64,000 bases of DNA from contig CAWJQU010000008.1 in assembly GCA_963845145.1 (NCBI GenBank), positions 352,001 to 416,000 on the forward strand, read 5' to 3'. Below the pieces are notes generated by a model that was not told the DNA's origin, searched no databases, and saw only the letters and a list, made by a program, of their open reading frames with translations. The stretch is from an uncultured delta proteobacterium. GTDB lineage: Bacteria > Desulfobacterota > Desulfobacteria > Desulfobacterales > QNYZ01. Made by a program: the position numbers and the translations under genes. Positions 20,442-30,773 of this stretch are shown here, in pieces (position 1 is the first letter of the stretch; each line of letters opens with the position of its first letter).

Positions 20442-20686
20442 AAATCCTATCTATCAAGAATCGTCGGAAAGAACAAACTTGAACAAATATCCAAACTTGA
20501 ACGCCGATTTTTAAAAAAACGCGAATACCGTTCTTTATCTGCAATAGGCAAAAAGATCAACAGTGGACAATCGCTGGGAAAAACCATTTAAATATGATAT
20601 CATCTAATGATGCAATACCCGTCCAAAGCACATCCGTCAATCCACTGTTTAACCAACGGTCACCCCGGCCCTGAAAGGAGGAACAT

Positions 20687-22372
20687 ATGGCAAGCGCGAT
20701 TGGATACAGGGACAAACCATGGCTTTCGAATTATGAAGATGGTGTACCTGAACATGTAGATTTTGATAAAACATGCGTGCCGCAATTTCTGGAAAAATCA
20801 GCCGAACGGTATCCGGATACCACGGCCCTTATCTTCCAGGGGTATAAGATCTCCTACCGGGATCTGAACATCATGGCCGACACCTTCGCCACCTGCCTTG
20901 CCGATTTCGGTATTAAAAAAGGTGATCGTGTGGCCATCCTGCTACCCAATCTGATTCCTTGTGTGGCCGCCTACTACGCTGCTTTAAAACTCGGGGCGAT
21001 CATCGTGATGAACAACCCCCTGTATTCCGATCGGGAGCTCGAGCATCAATTTAACGATTCGAAATCAAAAATTTTAATCACGCTGGACCTGCTGGGAAAT
21101 CGGATGATCGATTTAAGGCCGAAAACGAGCATTAAGCAGATCGTATATACTTCCATCGGCGACTACCTGCCATTTCCTAAGAATCTATTGTTCCCATTGG
21201 TTGGCAAGAAAAAGGGGCTGGCGGCGAAGGTAAAACCGGCCGATCAGGTCTACCGTTGGAAAGCGCTTATCGCCGGCGCATCGCCCATCCGCTCGGATGT
21301 GGATATCGACTTTGAAGATATCGCCATGTACCAATATACCGGCGGTACGACCGGCGTTTCAAAAGGCGTGATGCTTTCCCATAGTAACTTAAGCAGCAAT
21401 GTCCAACAGGTGCGCCATTGGTTTCCCCAATTTAAATATGCTGAAGAAACCATGTTGGGAGCCCTGCCCTTTTTTCATGTTTTCGGCATGACGACCGCCA
21501 TGAATTTTGCCATCTACATGGGCTGGGGCAACATCCTCGTTCCCAAACCCCAACCGGAACCCCTGCTGGAAGCCATCGCGAAATTCAAGCCGACCTTTGC
21601 CCCGTTAGTTCCCACCATGTATATAGGTATGCTCAACCACCCCAATATTAAAACCGTCGATTTAACATCCATTAAAGGCTGTTTTTCGGGAAGCGCACCT
21701 TTGCCGGTGGAAGTGATCAAGGAATTCGAAGAAAGAACCGGGGCAGTCATTGTGGAAGGGTATGGATTAACCGAGTCCACACCTGTCACTCATATCAACC
21801 CGTTTGCCGGTGGGAAAAGGAAGGTTGGCAGCATCGGACTTCCCATCCCCGATACCGAATGCAGAATTGTGGATATCGAAGATGGCACAGAGGATCAGCC
21901 TGTTGGCGAATCCGGGGAGCTTATTGTTAAAGGCCCCATGGTGATGAAGGGTTATCTAAATCGACCTGAAGAGACCGAGCAAACCGTCACGGACGGATGG
22001 CTCCACACTGGTGATATCGGCACTATGGATGAAGAAGGTTATTTTTATATTGTGGACCGCAAAAAGGATATGATCATCTGCGGCGGTTACAATGTCTATC
22101 CCCGGGATATCGAAGAGGTCCTTTATGAGCATCCCAGCATCATGGAAGCGGCGGTCATTGGTGTACCACATGCGACACGGGGTGAGCAGGTGAAAGCCTT
22201 TATCGTCCTGAAAGAGGGTGAAACGGTATCCGATAAAGAACTTATCGAATACTGCAAAGGGAAGCTCGCCACCTACAAGTTACCCACCATGATTGAGTTT
22301 AGGCAAGAGCTGCCGAAAACCAACGTCGGCAAAGTATTAAAAAAAGATTTGAGAAAAGAAGAAACGGAATAA
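20687..22372 (+). CDS. fadD: Long-chain fatty acid-CoA ligase
   Basis: QYTGGTTGVSKG, EGYGLTE, WLHTGD, DRKKD, LPKTNVGK; AGGAGG RBS. Confidence 0.9.
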   Translation: MASAIGYRDKPWLSNYEDGVPEHVDFDKTCVPQFLEKSAERYPDTTALIFQGYKISYRDLNIMADTFATCLADFGIKKGDRVAILLPNLIPCVAAYYAALKLGAIIVMNNPLYSDRELEHQFNDSKSKILITLDLLGNRMIDLRPKTSIKQIVYTSIGDYLPFPKNLLFPLVGKKKGLAAKVKPADQVYRWKALIAGASPIRSDVDIDFEDIAMYQYTGGTTGVSKGVMLSHSNLSSNVQQVRHWFPQFKYAEETMLGALPFFHVFGMTTAMNFAIYMGWGNILVPKPQPEPLLEAIAKFKPTFAPLVPTMYIGMLNHPNIKTVDLTSIKGCFSGSAPLPVEVIKEFEERTGAVIVEGYGLTESTPVTHINPFAGGKRKVGSIGLPIPDTECRIVDIEDGTEDQPVGESGELIVKGPMVMKGYLNRPEETEQTVTDGWLHTGDIGTMDEEGYFYIVDRKKDMIICGGYNVYPRDIEEVLYEHPSIMEAAVIGVPHATRGEQVKAFIVLKEGETVSDKELIEYCKGKLATYKLPTMIEFRQELPKTNVGKVLKKDLRKEETE

Positions 22373-22398
22373 GGCAACCCGTCGTCGGACTGAGTCCC

Positions 22399-23058
22399 AT
22401 GCCAGGTAAAAAACGAAAATCCGGCCCCGCCAATTACGCCAAGCGGCTGGTCTATGAACAGGATGAAAAAAAGCACACTTGGCTGACCATGCTGCTAAAG
22501 GCCTACGCCGTCACCGATGCGGGAATTGACCTGGCAGTAAAGAGCATGGAAACGCGGGGCTTCCGGCTGGCATGCGCCAAGGGTTGTGCAGCTTGTTGCG
22601 TAACCCATCGATCGATCCCGGTATATCCTCTGGAACTGGTGGGCATCACCTGGTATGCCACGGAAAAACTGGCCGACCCGGTTCGGGCCGGTCTGAAAAA
22701 GCAATTGCTCGATCACCAAAAAGGTGATCCTTGTGCCTTTTTGGTTGATAATGCCTGCGCCATCCACCCCCTACGCCCCATGGCCTGCCGCCAATTTAAT
22801 GTCTTCAGCCAACGTTGTGTCGAAGGGGAAGACGCATACTACACCCGGCGTCAAGACGTGTTGACGCCTCTTGAAAAGTACTCCCGGCAAGCGTTTATAA
22901 TGATGCTACCTTTTTACGGTGTCATAAAAATGGCTGAACGGCGCAAGGTCGCCCGGAAAGGGCTGCATCACACCATGGCCAAAGATATGCAGACCATGAA
23001 CTGGGATTCGCTATCAACAAAAATGGAAATTTTCGACCGGCGCCATTCGTCGCCTTGA
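22399..23058 (+). CDS. YkgJ-family cysteine cluster protein
   Basis: CAKGCAACC ... CAFL..CAIHPLRPMACR. Confidence 0.85.
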   Translation: MPGKKRKSGPANYAKRLVYEQDEKKHTWLTMLLKAYAVTDAGIDLAVKSMETRGFRLACAKGCAACCVTHRSIPVYPLELVGITWYATEKLADPVRAGLKKQLLDHQKGDPCAFLVDNACAIHPLRPMACRQFNVFSQRCVEGEDAYYTRRQDVLTPLEKYSRQAFIMMLPFYGVIKMAERRKVARKGLHHTMAKDMQTMNWDSLSTKMEIFDRRHSSP

Positions 23059-23082
23059 CGCCGCCCTGAAAGGAGAAGCCCC

Positions 23083-24690
23083 TTGGTCGATTTCGCGTAT
23101 ACAACCATGTTTCCCCTAAACGCCGATCAAACCAACTACCGGCTATTGACAACCGAATCCGTTTCTAACGGATCATTTGAGAACCGCCCGATGATAAAAA
23201 TCAAGCCGGAAGGGTTGACGCTTTTGAGTGAAACCGCTTTTACGGAGGTATCCCACCGATTGCGGACATCCCATATGAATTTATTGGCAAAAATCATAGA
23301 CGATCCTGATGCATCTCACAACGACCGCTATGTGGCCCTGGAAATGATTAAAAATGCGGTAATCGCCGCTGAAATGGAATTCCCCATGTGCCAGGATACG
23401 GGAACAGCCATTATTATCGGTAAAAAAGGGCAGCAGGTCTGGACGGATACCGATGATGCCGAGGCGCTATCCCAAGGGGTATTCAACGCCTATACCCATG
23501 GAAATCTACGCTATTCCCAGAATGCGCCTCTGACCATGTATGAAGAAAAAAATACCGGTTGCAATCTGCCGGCTCAGATTGATCTGTACGCCACCCAGGG
23601 GAATACGTACACTTTTTTATTTATTGCCAAAGGCGGTGGCTCGGCCAACAAGACCTATCTTTACCAGGAGACCAAAGCTGTACTAAACCCCGAGTCGCTG
23701 GTGGCGTTCATGGGTGCAAAAATGAAAACCTTGGGAACGGCGGCTTGCCCGCCGTATCACCTCGCTTTTGTGGTCGGCGGTACCTCGGCGGAGATGACTT
23801 TGAAAACCGTCAAGCTCGCCTCCACAGGCTATCTGGACGGACTACCCACCCAAGGCGACCAATCCGGCCATGCCTTTCGGGACCTGGCGTTGGAACAAAC
23901 CATATTGCAGCTCTCCCGTGATATGGGCATCGGCGCCCAGTTCGGAGGCAAGTACTTTTGCCACGACGTCTGCGTGGTGAGACTGCCACGACACGGCGCC
24001 TCCTGCCCCATCGGCATCGGCGTTTCCTGCAGTGCGGATCGCAACATCAAAGCCAAAATAACCACGGACGGGATTTTTTTAGAACAACTGGAAACCGATC
24101 CGGCCCGATTTCTACCCGAACCCTCCGGCGCAGACGAACCCGCCGTGGCCATTGACCTCAATCAACCCATGGAAAAAATCCGTACGGAGTTAAGCCGCTA
24201 CCCGGTAGCCACCCGGCTCTCTTTGAGCGGCACAATTGTCGTCGCACGGGACATCGCCCACGCCAAACTTAACGAAGCGTTGCATAATGGCGAGGGGCTT
24301 CCTTCATATTTCAAAAATCACATCATTTACTATGCCGGGCCGGCCAAAACCCCGCCGGGACGCGCTTCCGGCGCCTTTGGCCCCACCACCGCCGGACGTA
24401 TGGATCCCTATGTTGCCCCGTTTCAGAAGAACGGCGGATCGATGGTTATGCTTGCTAAGGGTAATCGCTCGAAAGTGGTAACAGACGCCTGTAAAAAATA
24501 CGGCGGTTTCTATTTGGGCTCCATTGGCGGCCCAGCCGCTAGGTTGGGAAAAGAGTGCATAACCCACGTCGAAACCATCGCCTACCCTGAATTGGGGATG
24601 GAAGCGATTTTTTCAATAACCGTCAAGGATTTTCCTGCCTTTATTATCGTGGATGACAAGGGTAATGATTTTTTTGAAAATCTTTTGTGA
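23083..24690 (+). CDS. fumA: Class I (Fe-S) fumarate hydratase
   Basis: [48 protein letters not shown]. Confidence 0.95.
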   Translation: MVDFAYTTMFPLNADQTNYRLLTTESVSNGSFENRPMIKIKPEGLTLLSETAFTEVSHRLRTSHMNLLAKIIDDPDASHNDRYVALEMIKNAVIAAEMEFPMCQDTGTAIIIGKKGQQVWTDTDDAEALSQGVFNAYTHGNLRYSQNAPLTMYEEKNTGCNLPAQIDLYATQGNTYTFLFIAKGGGSANKTYLYQETKAVLNPESLVAFMGAKMKTLGTAACPPYHLAFVVGGTSAEMTLKTVKLASTGYLDGLPTQGDQSGHAFRDLALEQTILQLSRDMGIGAQFGGKYFCHDVCVVRLPRHGASCPIGIGVSCSADRNIKAKITTDGIFLEQLETDPARFLPEPSGADEPAVAIDLNQPMEKIRTELSRYPVATRLSLSGTIVVARDIAHAKLNEALHNGEGLPSYFKNHIIYYAGPAKTPPGRASGAFGPTTAGRMDPYVAPFQKNGGSMVMLAKGNRSKVVTDACKKYGGFYLGSIGGPAARLGKECITHVETIAYPELGMEAIFSITVKDFPAFIIVDDKGNDFFENLL

Positions 24691-24839
24691 TTTTCGAATC
24701 GAATGTCATCGGGGTTGCCCTCATCGGGGAGGATCGAGTTGGACTGAATTTTAATCCGGTTTGCACAATGGGCGTCAAATAAAGAGCGGTCACCCAAATG
24801 AGAACCCAGGGCTCCAACCAAATTCAGCATCAACATCCA

Positions 24840-26408
24840 ATGCGTCATGTCCTATCCATTGATCTGGGGAGCAGCGGATATAAGGTTGCAGTAGTGTCCC
24901 AAACAGGAGAGGTTATCGCCAGCGCCGAAGGAAATATCGACACCCAAATGCTACCCCAAGGAGGTGCCGAGCAAGATCCCAAAATATGGTGGCAAAAAAT
25001 AAAAAAAGGCGCCACGACCGTCATTTCCGAATCCGGAATTCCACCTAAAGATATCGTCGCCGTCGGCTGCGATTCCCAGTGGTCGGTTGTGGTCCCCGTC
25101 AATCGACACGGCAACCCGTTGATGAATGCCGTCCATTGGCTGGACACGCGTGGCGGAAAGTATAACCGGCGCATGGCGAATGGCTTCCCAAAGGTTCAGG
25201 GGTATGGTCTCTTAAAATTAATGCGATGGATCAAAATGACGGGACTGGTCCCTTCCCAGTCAGGATTCGATTCGCTCGGACATGTGTTGTTCATTAAAAA
25301 TGAAAGGCCGGATATTTATGCGCAGACCTATAAATTCCTTGAGCCGATGGATTTTATCACCGCCCAACTGACCGGTAAAATCACGGCCACCCAAAAGACA
25401 ATGGTCCCCTTTGTTCTGGTGGACACCCGCTCATGGGGAACCAGCCGGTACAGCGAAGAACTTCTGAATATGGCCGGGTTGGACAAGGACAAGTTTCCCC
25501 GCCTAATAGCCAATGACGGTATTGTCGGCCCGCTATCGCCAAAAATTGCTCGCGAAATCGGTCTTAATCCGTCAACCCCAGTCATTGCCGGGACAGGTGA
25601 TTTAGCAGCCTCGGTTATTGGCTCCGGGGCGGTGACGGATTTTGACCCGATTATTTATATCGGCACTTCTTTGTATATCACCTGTCAATTACCGTTCAAA
25701 AAGACCGACCTGACCCACTTTATGACATCGTTGCCAAGTCCGTTCAAATCCAAATATCTGCTATTGGGTGAACAGGGGATCGGCGGACGGTGTGTGGACT
25801 TCTTCTTGAACCATATGATTTACCCCGATGATGAATTTAACACCGGTACCCGTCCTGAAGATGCCTATCGCCGTTTTAATACGATGGCAACCAGAGCGTC
25901 TGCAGGCTGCAGCGGGGTCATTTTTCTGCCCTGGTTGAACGGTTCTTTGGTCCCCAGTGAAAATCCTTTCATCCGCGGTGGCTTTATGAACTTATCGCTT
26001 AACACCACACGAAGCCACATGGCCCGCGCTATTATGGAAGGCCTGGCCTACAACAGTCGTTGGACTTCAAAGGCCGTCGAAAAATTTACTGGTCGATCCA
26101 TTGAACGGTTCACCTTTTCCGGCGGTGGAGCCTTATCGGACGTGTGGGCCCAGATTCACGCCGATGTGCTGGGTGTTCCGATCCGCCAGATCGACGATCC
26201 GGTTCACACCACCGTTCGTGGAACAGCCTGGTTAGCATTGATCACGTTGGGCTACCTGTCGATCGATGACATTCCGCAACTGGTCAAAATCAAGCATGTA
26301 TTTAAGCCTGATGAATCCAACCGGGCTGTTTATGATAAGATGTACAGTCAATACCGACAATTGTTCAAAAAGAATAAAAAAATATTTAAAGTGTTGAATA
26401 CCCGTTAA
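24840..26408 (+). CDS. FGGY-family carbohydrate kinase (xylulokinase-like)
   Basis: SIDLGSSGYK, EQDP, WLDTR, FLPWLNG, GGGALS..W.QI.ADV. Confidence 0.9.
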   Translation: MRHVLSIDLGSSGYKVAVVSQTGEVIASAEGNIDTQMLPQGGAEQDPKIWWQKIKKGATTVISESGIPPKDIVAVGCDSQWSVVVPVNRHGNPLMNAVHWLDTRGGKYNRRMANGFPKVQGYGLLKLMRWIKMTGLVPSQSGFDSLGHVLFIKNERPDIYAQTYKFLEPMDFITAQLTGKITATQKTMVPFVLVDTRSWGTSRYSEELLNMAGLDKDKFPRLIANDGIVGPLSPKIAREIGLNPSTPVIAGTGDLAASVIGSGAVTDFDPIIYIGTSLYITCQLPFKKTDLTHFMTSLPSPFKSKYLLLGEQGIGGRCVDFFLNHMIYPDDEFNTGTRPEDAYRRFNTMATRASAGCSGVIFLPWLNGSLVPSENPFIRGGFMNLSLNTTRSHMARAIMEGLAYNSRWTSKAVEKFTGRSIERFTFSGGGALSDVWAQIHADVLGVPIRQIDDPVHTTVRGTAWLALITLGYLSIDDIPQLVKIKHVFKPDESNRAVYDKMYSQYRQLFKKNKKIFKVLNTR

Positions 26409-26475
26409 TCGTTTCACTTTTCGGCCACCCAACGGCCACGATACTTGACGAATCAATATTACAAAGGAGCTGTCC

Positions 26476-27894
26476 ATGTCTGATAATGAGGCCCAAGACC
26501 AAAATCCGGATCCCTTCAAACCGTACAAAGGCCGATTTGAAACCTATGCCCAGATTCCCCCCGAGGGTCGAGATAAAACCGAAATTATTGGCGAGTTAAC
26601 GGAAATGGCCCAAGAGGAAAACGCTCACTGGCAAAATGGGCGGGTTTCGGGCACCTTTTACCACGCCGGGGAGGCCCATCGCGCGTTTTTAAACCAAGTA
26701 TTTTCTCTCTTCTCCCATGAAAATACGATTCAATTTGATCTGTGCCCAAGCATGTTTAAAATGGAAAGTGAAATCATTTCCATGACGGCTAAAATGCTCA
26801 ACGGCGATGCGGTTACAATGAACGACGCCGAAGAACAAGTATGCGGTACGATGACTTCCGGCGGGACCGAAAGCATTTTGATGGCCATGATGGCCTATCG
26901 CAACCGCGCCCGTGAGGAAAGCGGCATTACGACACCGGAAATCATCATGCCCCATACAGCCCACCCGGCATTTGACAAGGCGGCCAACTATTTCGGGATC
27001 AAAATGGTGCATGTCCCGGTTTCGGAGCCGGATTTTAAAGTTGACCCCAAGGCGGTCGCCGCCCATATAAATTCGAACACGGTGGCGGTTGTCGGCAGTG
27101 CCGGCAACTACCCCTATGGTCTGATCGATCCGCTGGAACAGTTATCCGAGTTGGCGTTAAAACATGGAATCGGTTTTCACGTGGACAGCTGCCTGGGCGG
27201 GTTTATTTTTCCCTGGCTGGAAAAGCTGGGGTACGACATTCCGACTTTCGATTTCAGATTGCCGGGCGTGACCTCCATGTCGGCCGACACGCATAAATAC
27301 GGATTTGCATTGAAAGGTACATCAGTCGTTCTCTATCGCAACAATAACCTGCGCCGCTATCAGTACTTCAATATTCCCGACTGGCCCGGCGGCATGTATG
27401 CTTCCCCCACCGCCGCCGGTAGCCGCTCCGGAGGTCTCACCGCAGCCACCTGGGCCGCCATGGTTTACCTAGGCGAAGAGGGATATTTAAAAGCTGCGAC
27501 AGATATCATGGCCGTGGCCGATAAAATTAAGGCGGGTATTGTTGAGATACCGGAACTCCTTCTCAATGGCGACCCCACCTTTGTGATCAGTTTTCGCTCT
27601 GAAGTGGTCGATGTCTACCACATCAACGACTTTATGAAGACAAAGGGATGGCGCTTTAACGTCTTACAGCTACCGCCTGCGTTACATTTTTGCGTCACCA
27701 TGCCCCAGACTTTTGTCGCCGACGTGGCTGAGCAGTTTTTGAGGGATTTACACGCGGGCGTCGACTATGCCAAGTCTAAATCCGGAACAGAAGCTGAAAC
27801 AACGGCATTGTATGGCCTGGCAGGCACAGTCGAAGGTAACCGCCAGGTGACCGATCTCACCTTCGGTTTTTTTGATTACCTGTATGCGGTGTGA
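26476..27894 (+). CDS. Sphingosine-1-phosphate lyase-like PLP enzyme (group II decarboxylase fold)
   Basis: GRVSGTFY, TSGGTESI, AHPAFDKAA, HVDSCLGGF, SMSADTHKYG (PLP Lys), WPGG.YASP..AGSR. Confidence 0.85.
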   Translation: MSDNEAQDQNPDPFKPYKGRFETYAQIPPEGRDKTEIIGELTEMAQEENAHWQNGRVSGTFYHAGEAHRAFLNQVFSLFSHENTIQFDLCPSMFKMESEIISMTAKMLNGDAVTMNDAEEQVCGTMTSGGTESILMAMMAYRNRAREESGITTPEIIMPHTAHPAFDKAANYFGIKMVHVPVSEPDFKVDPKAVAAHINSNTVAVVGSAGNYPYGLIDPLEQLSELALKHGIGFHVDSCLGGFIFPWLEKLGYDIPTFDFRLPGVTSMSADTHKYGFALKGTSVVLYRNNNLRRYQYFNIPDWPGGMYASPTAAGSRSGGLTAATWAAMVYLGEEGYLKAATDIMAVADKIKAGIVEIPELLLNGDPTFVISFRSEVVDVYHINDFMKTKGWRFNVLQLPPALHFCVTMPQTFVADVAEQFLRDLHAGVDYAKSKSGTEAETTALYGLAGTVEGNRQVTDLTFGFFDYLYAV

Positions 27895-27918
27895 ATCTAC
27901 ATATTGCCAATATGCAGA

Positions 27919-29307
27919 TTACGACACCAGTACCCTTTTTAAATCAATGCCGTATTTTTTCATGCGATTCCACACCGTCACCCGATTGATACCAAGCACT
28001 TTGGCCGCCTGGGTCTGATTTCCCCCCGTTTGGCGCAGGGCTTGGATCAATGCTTCTTTCTCGGCAACCCCTTGGGATGTGGTGGTCATCTGTTCAGACG
28101 CGAATGTCGTCCCAGAGATCATTTGCGGTGGAAGTTGCCCAAGGCCGATAACTTTATTTTCGGCCACAACAAAGGCATATTCCAACGCACTCTTTAATTC
28201 ACGAACATTCCCCGGCCAAACATAGGACATGAACTGTTCCATGGCTTCCTGGCTCAGTCGTACGATATTCTTTCCGGTACTTTTGTTAAGCCGTCGAATA
28301 AACGTGGTGGCCAGTAAGGGAATATCCTCTTTGCGTTCTCGTAAAGGCGGCAAAAGGATGGGAATAATATTGATTCGGAAAAAAAGATCCTCTCGAAAAA
28401 CGTTTTGGGCGATCAGTTTTTCCAGTTTTTTATTGGTTGCAGTAATAATCCGAACAGTTACCGAAACCGATCGATGATCCCCTACCCGCTCGAACCGGCC
28501 CGTTTCCAAGACCCTTAAAAGTTTAACCTGAGTTGACAAGGGCACGTCACCGATTTCGTCCAGAAACAGATCCCCGCCATCTGCTGCCTCGAATCGGCCG
28601 ATACGATGTCGGTAGGCACCGGTGAAAGCGCCTTTGATGTGCCCAAACAACTCGCTTTCCAACAACGCATCATTTAGAGCTGCACAATTAAATTGTACGA
28701 AAGGGCCTTTACGGTTCTGGCCGCAGCGATGGATTGCATGGGCCACCATCTCCTTACCTGTACCGCTCTCACCGTAAACAATCACCGGCGCGTCACTTTG
28801 AGCCGCTTTTTTAACAACGCTGAACACCCGCTGCATGATTGCCGATTGGCCGATCATTCCACAAAACCCCTGGCCGGTATCAAGCTGACGGGAAAGTTGA
28901 GACACTCTTTGATCCAAGCGGTCAAGCTCAGAGATATCCATAATGGTCTCCACCGCCCCGATGGGTTCCCCATCATCGTCTCTTAAAACTGACGCATTTT
29001 TGATTGCCGACACATAGGTTCCGTCCTTTCTCAGAATATGACACCGGCATTTCTTGATGTCCTTCTGGCCTTCTTCAAACAGGCGGCACACCCAACGACC
29101 ATTTTTCATTTTCCATGTTTTTTCGCAGGCATCACATTTTAATACGGTGCAGGGTTTCCCGACGATCTCACTGGTTGTATAGCCCGTCAACTCTTCAAGC
29201 GCTTGATTGGCCATTAGTATGGATCCATCCGGACCGATCAGCATCAGAGCGTCATTCATGGTATCGATGATCCGCTTCCAATATCGATTGATTTCATGTT
29301 CTTCCAT
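27919..29307 (-). CDS. sigma54-dependent activator: Cys-rich PAS, AAA+, Fis HTH
   Basis: [47 protein letters not shown]. Confidence 0.93.
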   Translation of the reverse strand: MEEHEINRYWKRIIDTMNDALMLIGPDGSILMANQALEELTGYTTSEIVGKPCTVLKCDACEKTWKMKNGRWVCRLFEEGQKDIKKCRCHILRKDGTYVSAIKNASVLRDDDGEPIGAVETIMDISELDRLDQRVSQLSRQLDTGQGFCGMIGQSAIMQRVFSVVKKAAQSDAPVIVYGESGTGKEMVAHAIHRCGQNRKGPFVQFNCAALNDALLESELFGHIKGAFTGAYRHRIGRFEAADGGDLFLDEIGDVPLSTQVKLLRVLETGRFERVGDHRSVSVTVRIITATNKKLEKLIAQNVFREDLFFRINIIPILLPPLRERKEDIPLLATTFIRRLNKSTGKNIVRLSQEAMEQFMSYVWPGNVRELKSALEYAFVVAENKVIGLGQLPPQMISGTTFASEQMTTTSQGVAEKEALIQALRQTGGNQTQAAKVLGINRVTVWNRMKKYGIDLKRVLVS

Positions 29308-29339
29308 TGATGACCCCCATCCATTGCATTTCCCATGCG

Positions 29340-29355
29340 GTTAACAATTGTTAAA
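29340..29355. promoter_or_regulatory. Putative bEBP enhancer palindrome, copy 1
   Basis: GTTAACAATTGTTAAA, matching copies at 41452 and 42188. Confidence 0.7.
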
Positions 29356-29473
29356 TATGTTTAAACAGCCGTTTAAATATAACGCCTACAGTTTAAACAA
29401 GTCAAGCTTTTATTAAAAGTATATAGTTCATTATTTTAGATAGTTATTGAATTCTATCCAAAACTCAATGATT

Positions 29474-29489
29474 CGGCACAGCTGTTGCT
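29474..29489 (+). promoter_or_regulatory. sigma54 promoter of the tusA-like to psrB operon
   Basis: CGGCACAGCTGTTGCT = GG-N10-GC. Confidence 0.8.
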
Positions 29490-29542
29490 AATATAGAAAA
29501 CAGCTTCAAAAATCAGGTGATGGGTAACATCGAGAAACAATT

Positions 29543-29770
29543 ATGACGACTCAAACAGAATTGAATTTGATCGGTGTTTTTTTTCCAATTTGCTTGCTGA
29601 AATGTAAAAGTACGCTTCATGCCATGCATCCAGGCGAACGAATGGATGTATTGGTATCCGATCCGGAGGTTTTAGACGAGTTGGAAAAAATCATTAGACG
29701 CTCCAAAGATCAAATCATCCACCGCCTGAAGAAGCCGGATCATTGTCGACTCCGCATTCAAAAAGGGTAA
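29543..29770 (+). CDS. TusA/SirA-family sulfur-carrier-like protein with non-canonical FPIC motif
   Basis: 75 aa; LNLIG..P.C, GERMDVLVSDP and C-terminal IQKG fit the SirA pattern. Confidence 0.75.
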   Translation: MTTQTELNLIGVFFPICLLKCKSTLHAMHPGERMDVLVSDPEVLDELEKIIRRSKDQIIHRLKKPDHCRLRIQKG

Positions 29771-29834
29771 TGCAATCATTTGCTACGACATTGAATGATG
29801 ATTGCGGCCCAAACGGTCAGTGAAAGGATGTACA

Positions 29835-30773
29835 ATGGAAATCAACCGACGGTACTTCTTGAGGTTGACAAGCGCCATGGCCGCCACGGCGGTTTTGCCT
29901 ATAACCGAGCCTGCCGACGCATCCCAACCACACCAAGCGACTGATAAAGAATATGGCTGTTTGGTAGATACGACTTTGTGCGTGGGTTGCCGCAAATGCG
30001 AACAGGCCTGCAATGAACGCCACCACCTACCCAAACCGAAAGATCGGTTTGACGAACTGGCCGTGTTGGAAAAAGAGCGACGCATGGATGAAACCACCTA
30101 TACGGTGGTCAATAAATACTATCCGAATAATGTCGGCACACTGACCTGGCGCGATCGACCTGAGTTTGTCAAGTTTCAATGCATGCATTGCAATGACCCT
30201 TCGTGTGTGTCGGCCTGTATCGTCGGTGCCCTGACCAAGCAGGAAAACGGGGCGGTCATCTACGATGCCAAAAAGTGTATCGGATGCCGTTACTGCATGG
30301 TCGCCTGCCCCTTCCAGGTGCCGGCCTACGAGTATCACGATGCCCTCACGCCGGAGGTGCGAAAGTGCACCTTCTGCTACCAACATATCAAAGATGGTGG
30401 TTTGCCTGCCTGCGCCCAAATCTGTCCTCGAGAAGTCATTACCTTTGGTAAGAAGGAGGCGCTATTGCAGCTGGCCCGTTGGAAAATGAAAAAAAGTCCC
30501 GGTAAGTATGTGGAGCATATCTACGGTGAGCATGAAGTGGGTGGAACCTCGTGGCTCTACCTGGCATCCGAACCGTTTGAAACCATAGGATTTCCCAAGT
30601 TAGGTGTCAAAGCCCCTCCGCGGTTGACCGAGACGATTCAACACAGCCTGTTTCAGTATTTCGCCGCCCCTATTCTGTTGTATGGGGCCTTGGGCGGCAT
30701 CATGTGGGCTACAGGGTATCTAAAAAACAATCATCGAAAAAGCGGTGAGAACCACCAGGGAGAAACGACATGA
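29835..30773 (+). CDS. Tat-exported 4x[4Fe-4S] protein, HybA/HmcB-like, with C-terminal TM helix
   Basis: NRRYFLR Tat motif; CVGCRKC, CMHC..C..AC, CIGCRYC and CTFC motifs; YGEHEVGGTSWLY. Confidence 0.9.
   Translation: MEINRRYFLRLTSAMAATAVLPITEPADASQPHQATDKEYGCLVDTTLCVGCRKCEQACNERHHLPKPKDRFDELAVLEKERRMDETTYTVVNKYYPNNVGTLTWRDRPEFVKFQCMHCNDPSCVSACIVGALTKQENGAVIYDAKKCIGCRYCMVACPFQVPAYEYHDALTPEVRKCTFCYQHIKDGGLPACAQICPREVITFGKKEALLQLARWKMKKSPGKYVEHIYGEHEVGGTSWLYLASEPFETIGFPKLGVKAPPRLTETIQHSLFQYFAAPILLYGALGGIMWATGYLKNNHRKSGENHQGETT

Noticed and set aside
20475..20502. AAACTTGAAC twice upstream of the SH3 gene
   Set aside because: Too short to distinguish from chance.
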